Notes under the pieces: generated by a model
The model's input: only the letters and a program-made list of their open reading frames with translations
Told to the model about the DNA's origin: nothing
Databases searched by the model: none
Made by a program: the position numbers and the translations under genes
Assembly (NCBI GenBank): GCA_016217675.1
Contig: JACRHC010000072.1
Span: forward strand, 1,742 to 25,741
Reading direction: 5' to 3'
DNA from: Nitrospirota bacterium
GTDB taxonomy: Bacteria > Nitrospirota > Thermodesulfovibrionia > Thermodesulfovibrionales > UBA6898
DNA length: 24,000 nt
In this document: positions 21,931-24,000 of the stretch, piece after piece
Numbering within the stretch: position 1 is the stretch's first letter
Layout: each line of letters starts with the position of its first letter

Positions 21931-22746
21931 TTAACCATTATTATGTTTACCCGTCCGAAATCCCAATTTCATTGCATGCTCACTGCATACATCCATGCAT
22001 TTCGCGCAATTCGTGCATTCACCTGAGGTGACAAAACTGCTTGCTATCCCCACCATCGGAAGCACCTGCTGCTCAGGGCAGTGTTCGATGCACTGCATAC
22101 AATGCGTACAGTTATCCTTCAGGTGCCGCACCCGGATGAAACTGAACTTTCCTGCAAGCGAATAGAAGGCCCCCAACGGACAGACATGGCCGCAGAATCC
22201 ATACTGCACCAAGAGCAGATCAAAAAGAAATACTGCGACGATGGCTGTCCACCCGGCTCCCATACCAAAAATGAGCCCGCGATGAAGGGTCGAGATCGGG
22301 CTGATCCACTCAAAGGCTGCTATGCCGAGCACGGCTGAAAGCACGAGTGCAAGCCCGGCCGCCCAGTACCTGACATTCCGGTCCATGCGCAACGATATGC
22401 CTGCCTTTGCCGGCAGAACTCTTCTCAGCCTGTTGGCAAGGTCGGTGATCATATTCATCGGACAGACCCAGCTGCAGAATGCCCGGCCGCCGACAACAGC
22501 AAAAAATACAAAGATGAGAGCGCCCCCGATAAGGGCTTCGCGCGACGCAATATTGCCGGTCGCAGTCATCTGAAGCAGGGCAAACGGATCTGTCAGAGGA
22601 ACAACATCGAGAAGCCGGGAAGTGCTGAGATTGCCCCTCAAAACCTTCCATCCGTACAGATTGCCTCCGATGAAAAGGGCAAGGATCGAGATCTGCGAGA
22701 GTCTCCGCAATATCAGATAGCGGTTTCTATACATAAAATCTCGCAT
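21931..22746 (-). CDS. napH: NapH, membrane quinol-dehydrogenase subunit (4 TM + Fe-S)
   Basis: Motifs CSWVCP and CGHVCP lie at membrane-proximal positions. The C-terminal ferredoxin motifs are CTHCMQCIEHCP and CTNCAKCMDVC. Confidence 0.85.
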   Translation of the reverse strand: MRDFMYRNRYLILRRLSQISILALFIGGNLYGWKVLRGNLSTSRLLDVVPLTDPFALLQMTATGNIASREALIGGALIFVFFAVVGGRAFCSWVCPMNMITDLANRLRRVLPAKAGISLRMDRNVRYWAAGLALVLSAVLGIAAFEWISPISTLHRGLIFGMGAGWTAIVAVFLFDLLLVQYGFCGHVCPLGAFYSLAGKFSFIRVRHLKDNCTHCMQCIEHCPEQQVLPMVGIASSFVTSGECTNCAKCMDVCSEHAMKLGFRTGKHNNG

Positions 22747-22747
22747 C

Positions 22748-23560
22748 TCAGAACCCGTCCTTATTCAGATATTCAAGGGCAGACTTCTCACTTCTCGGCG
22801 TCACGGTCTTGGTCTCCTCTGAAACATCCTCGATCCTCTGCTCGTCCTTCTCATCCCAGCCGCGCACATACCGATCGCTCGACTCTCCCAATGCAAGGTG
22901 CAGGGGGAGGACAAATATGGATGCCTTCTTCGTAACGCATGCCCTCTCGCATGCGCCGCAGCCTGTACAATGATCACTATGCACGACCGGAGCAAGAATT
23001 GCATGTTTGCCGGTCCGGTCATTAGCGGTCCTTTCAACGGTGAGCGCCTTGTCTATTACCGGACAGACCCGATAGCAGGCATCACACTGGATACCCCAGT
23101 ATGCAATGCAGGTCTCCCGGTCAATGACCGCCAATCCTATCTTTGCAAGGTTGATATTAAGCTTGTCCCTGCCCCGCTCATCCTTATCTCTCATCAGTGA
23201 ACTGTCAAGAGCCCCGGTGGGGCAGGCAACTGCGCAGGGAATGTCCCGGCACATTTTACAGGGATTTTCGCGCATTATGAAATAGGGTGTACCGACAGGC
23301 CGTTCGTCGCCCGGTTTGGCAATGACAAGTGCCTTATACGGGCAGGCCTCGGCACAGAGGCCGCACTTGGTGCACAGAGCGAGAAACTTCTCCTCCTTCA
23401 CAGCGCCTGGCGGCCTCAGTACCGTAGGATATGCCTTCTTGCCGTCAAGAAATCCTGCCCAGGCCAAGCCGCCCACAGCGGCTGCACCTGCGCCTCTAAA
23501 CAGGTCTGCGAGAAACTGTCTTCTCTCAGGCATCTTCTCTGATCCCTCCGGTGCAGTCAT
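22748..23560 (-). CDS. napG: NapG, Tat-exported poly-ferredoxin subunit
   Basis: Twin-arginine signal PERRQFLADLFRGAGAAAVGGLAWA. There are four Cys clusters: CTKCGLCAEACP, CKMCRDIPCAVACP, CDACYRVCP and CTGCGACERAC. Met at 23533 is an alternative start. Confidence 0.85.
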   Translation of the reverse strand: MTAPEGSEKMPERRQFLADLFRGAGAAAVGGLAWAGFLDGKKAYPTVLRPPGAVKEEKFLALCTKCGLCAEACPYKALVIAKPGDERPVGTPYFIMRENPCKMCRDIPCAVACPTGALDSSLMRDKDERGRDKLNINLAKIGLAVIDRETCIAYWGIQCDACYRVCPVIDKALTVERTANDRTGKHAILAPVVHSDHCTGCGACERACVTKKASIFVLPLHLALGESSDRYVRGWDEKDEQRIEDVSEETKTVTPRSEKSALEYLNKDGF

Positions 23561-23571
23561 CTGCGTTCTTA

Positions 23572-24000
23572 TCAGGCTTTATACACTTTTACAGCGCACT
23601 TCTTGTAGTCAGGCTCCTTCGAGATCGGGCATGTCGCATCAAGTGTCACCTTGTTGATGAATACATGCTCATCAAAGAACGGAACAAAGATAAGACCTTT
23701 AGGGGGCAGATTTCTGCCTCTGGTCTCGACCCTGGCCTTCACCTTGCCTCTTCTGGATTCAATCCATATAAGTTCTCCGTCCTTCACGCCGCCCTTCTGC
23801 GCATCCTGGGGATGCATGAAGCAGAGCGCCTCAGGAACAGCCCGATACAGCTCGGGCACCCGCATGGTCATGGTGCCGGTATGCCAATGCTCAAGTACCC
23901 TGCCAGTGCAGAGCCAGAAGGGATATTCACTGCTCGGATTTTCCGGCGGCTCGATGTAATGGCGCAGAAATATCTTCGCCTTATTCGGGAGCTTCACCTT
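23572..24000 (-). CDS. napA: NapA, periplasmic nitrate reductase catalytic subunit, C-terminal ~142 codons (5' end beyond the right edge)
   Basis: ...[41 protein letters not shown]...[49 protein letters not shown] is the molybdopterin-binding C-terminal domain typical of NapA. The frame stays open to base 24000. Confidence 0.85.
   Translation of the reverse strand, partial: KVKLPNKAKIFLRHYIEPPENPSSEYPFWLCTGRVLEHWHTGTMTMRVPELYRAVPEALCFMHPQDAQKGGVKDGELIWIESRRGKVKARVETRGRNLPPKGLIFVPFFDEHVFINKVTLDATCPISKEPDYKKCAVKVYKA

Noticed and set aside
18733-23037. Same-strand alternative-frame ORFs inside acr3 (18733..19017), the permease (20036..20410), napB (21701..21883), napH (22119..22313, 22310..22651) and napG (22801..23037)
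   Set aside because: They are embedded in genes with strong family motifs and have Arg/Cys/Ser-rich composition typical of off-frame translation.
104-23959. All plus-strand ORFs in the six-frame track (e.g. 368..913, 1107..1592, 8309..8764, 12564..12998, 13196..13663, 16215..16622, 19565..19996, 23316..23657)
   Set aside because: Each lies antisense to a minus-strand gene with clear domain motifs. Their translations are low-complexity (Ser/Leu/Arg-rich) with no recognisable motifs, no SD sequences and no operon logic. They are typical shadow ORFs.
1-24000. Mobile elements, CRISPR arrays, tRNA/rRNA genes, toxin-antitoxin or phage-defence genes
   Set aside because: I found no repeat-spacer periodicity, no transposase or integrase motifs, no terminal inverted repeats flanking a block and no cloverleaf-like GC-rich segments in the short intergenic gaps.

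Overview
Every gene I can support in this 24-kb window lies on the minus strand (about 28 CDS). They are tightly packed, with many ATGA or 8-nt start/stop overlaps. The plus-strand ORFs in the track are antisense shadows. In the direction of transcription (right to left) the window contains five modules. (i) The 3' part of a periplasmic nitrate reductase operon: napA (partial), napG, napH, napB, napD. (ii) A ~6.8-kb, almost gap-free metal(loid)/thiol-redox gene string. It runs: COG0701/ArsP-like permease, small thioredoxin-fold protein, ArsR-type repressor, ACR3 arsenite carrier, thioredoxin-fold lipoprotein, a 75-codon Cys-rich ORF with an in-frame TGA (candidate selenocysteine), the mercury-methylation pair hgcA-hgcB, a CcdA-type thiol-disulfide transporter, an ECF sigma factor, an AhpD/CMD-like protein, an unknown 91-aa protein and a decayed SufB/D-like fragment. 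(iii) A c-di-GMP module: a soluble hybrid histidine kinase with Cys-rich PAS domains, then a YcgR-like PilZ protein and a GGDEF cyclase that share one N-terminal Cys-rich ('two-CW'-like) domain. (iv) A binding protein / histidine kinase / sigma-54 activator cassette, followed by a sigma-54-type promoter with upstream repeats. That promoter precedes a rhodanese operon whose main gene (signal peptide, CxxCH, three rhodanese domains) is interrupted by an in-frame TGA with a SECIS-like hairpin. (v) A second binding protein / kinase / sigma-54 activator cassette, with the activator cut by the window edge. I saw no rRNA, tRNA, CRISPR array, transposase or integrase. The host is probably an anaerobic, sigma-54-rich bacterium; Desulfobacterota- or Nitrospirota-like is only a low-confidence guess. 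All family assignments rest on motifs I read in the translations; no database search was possible.
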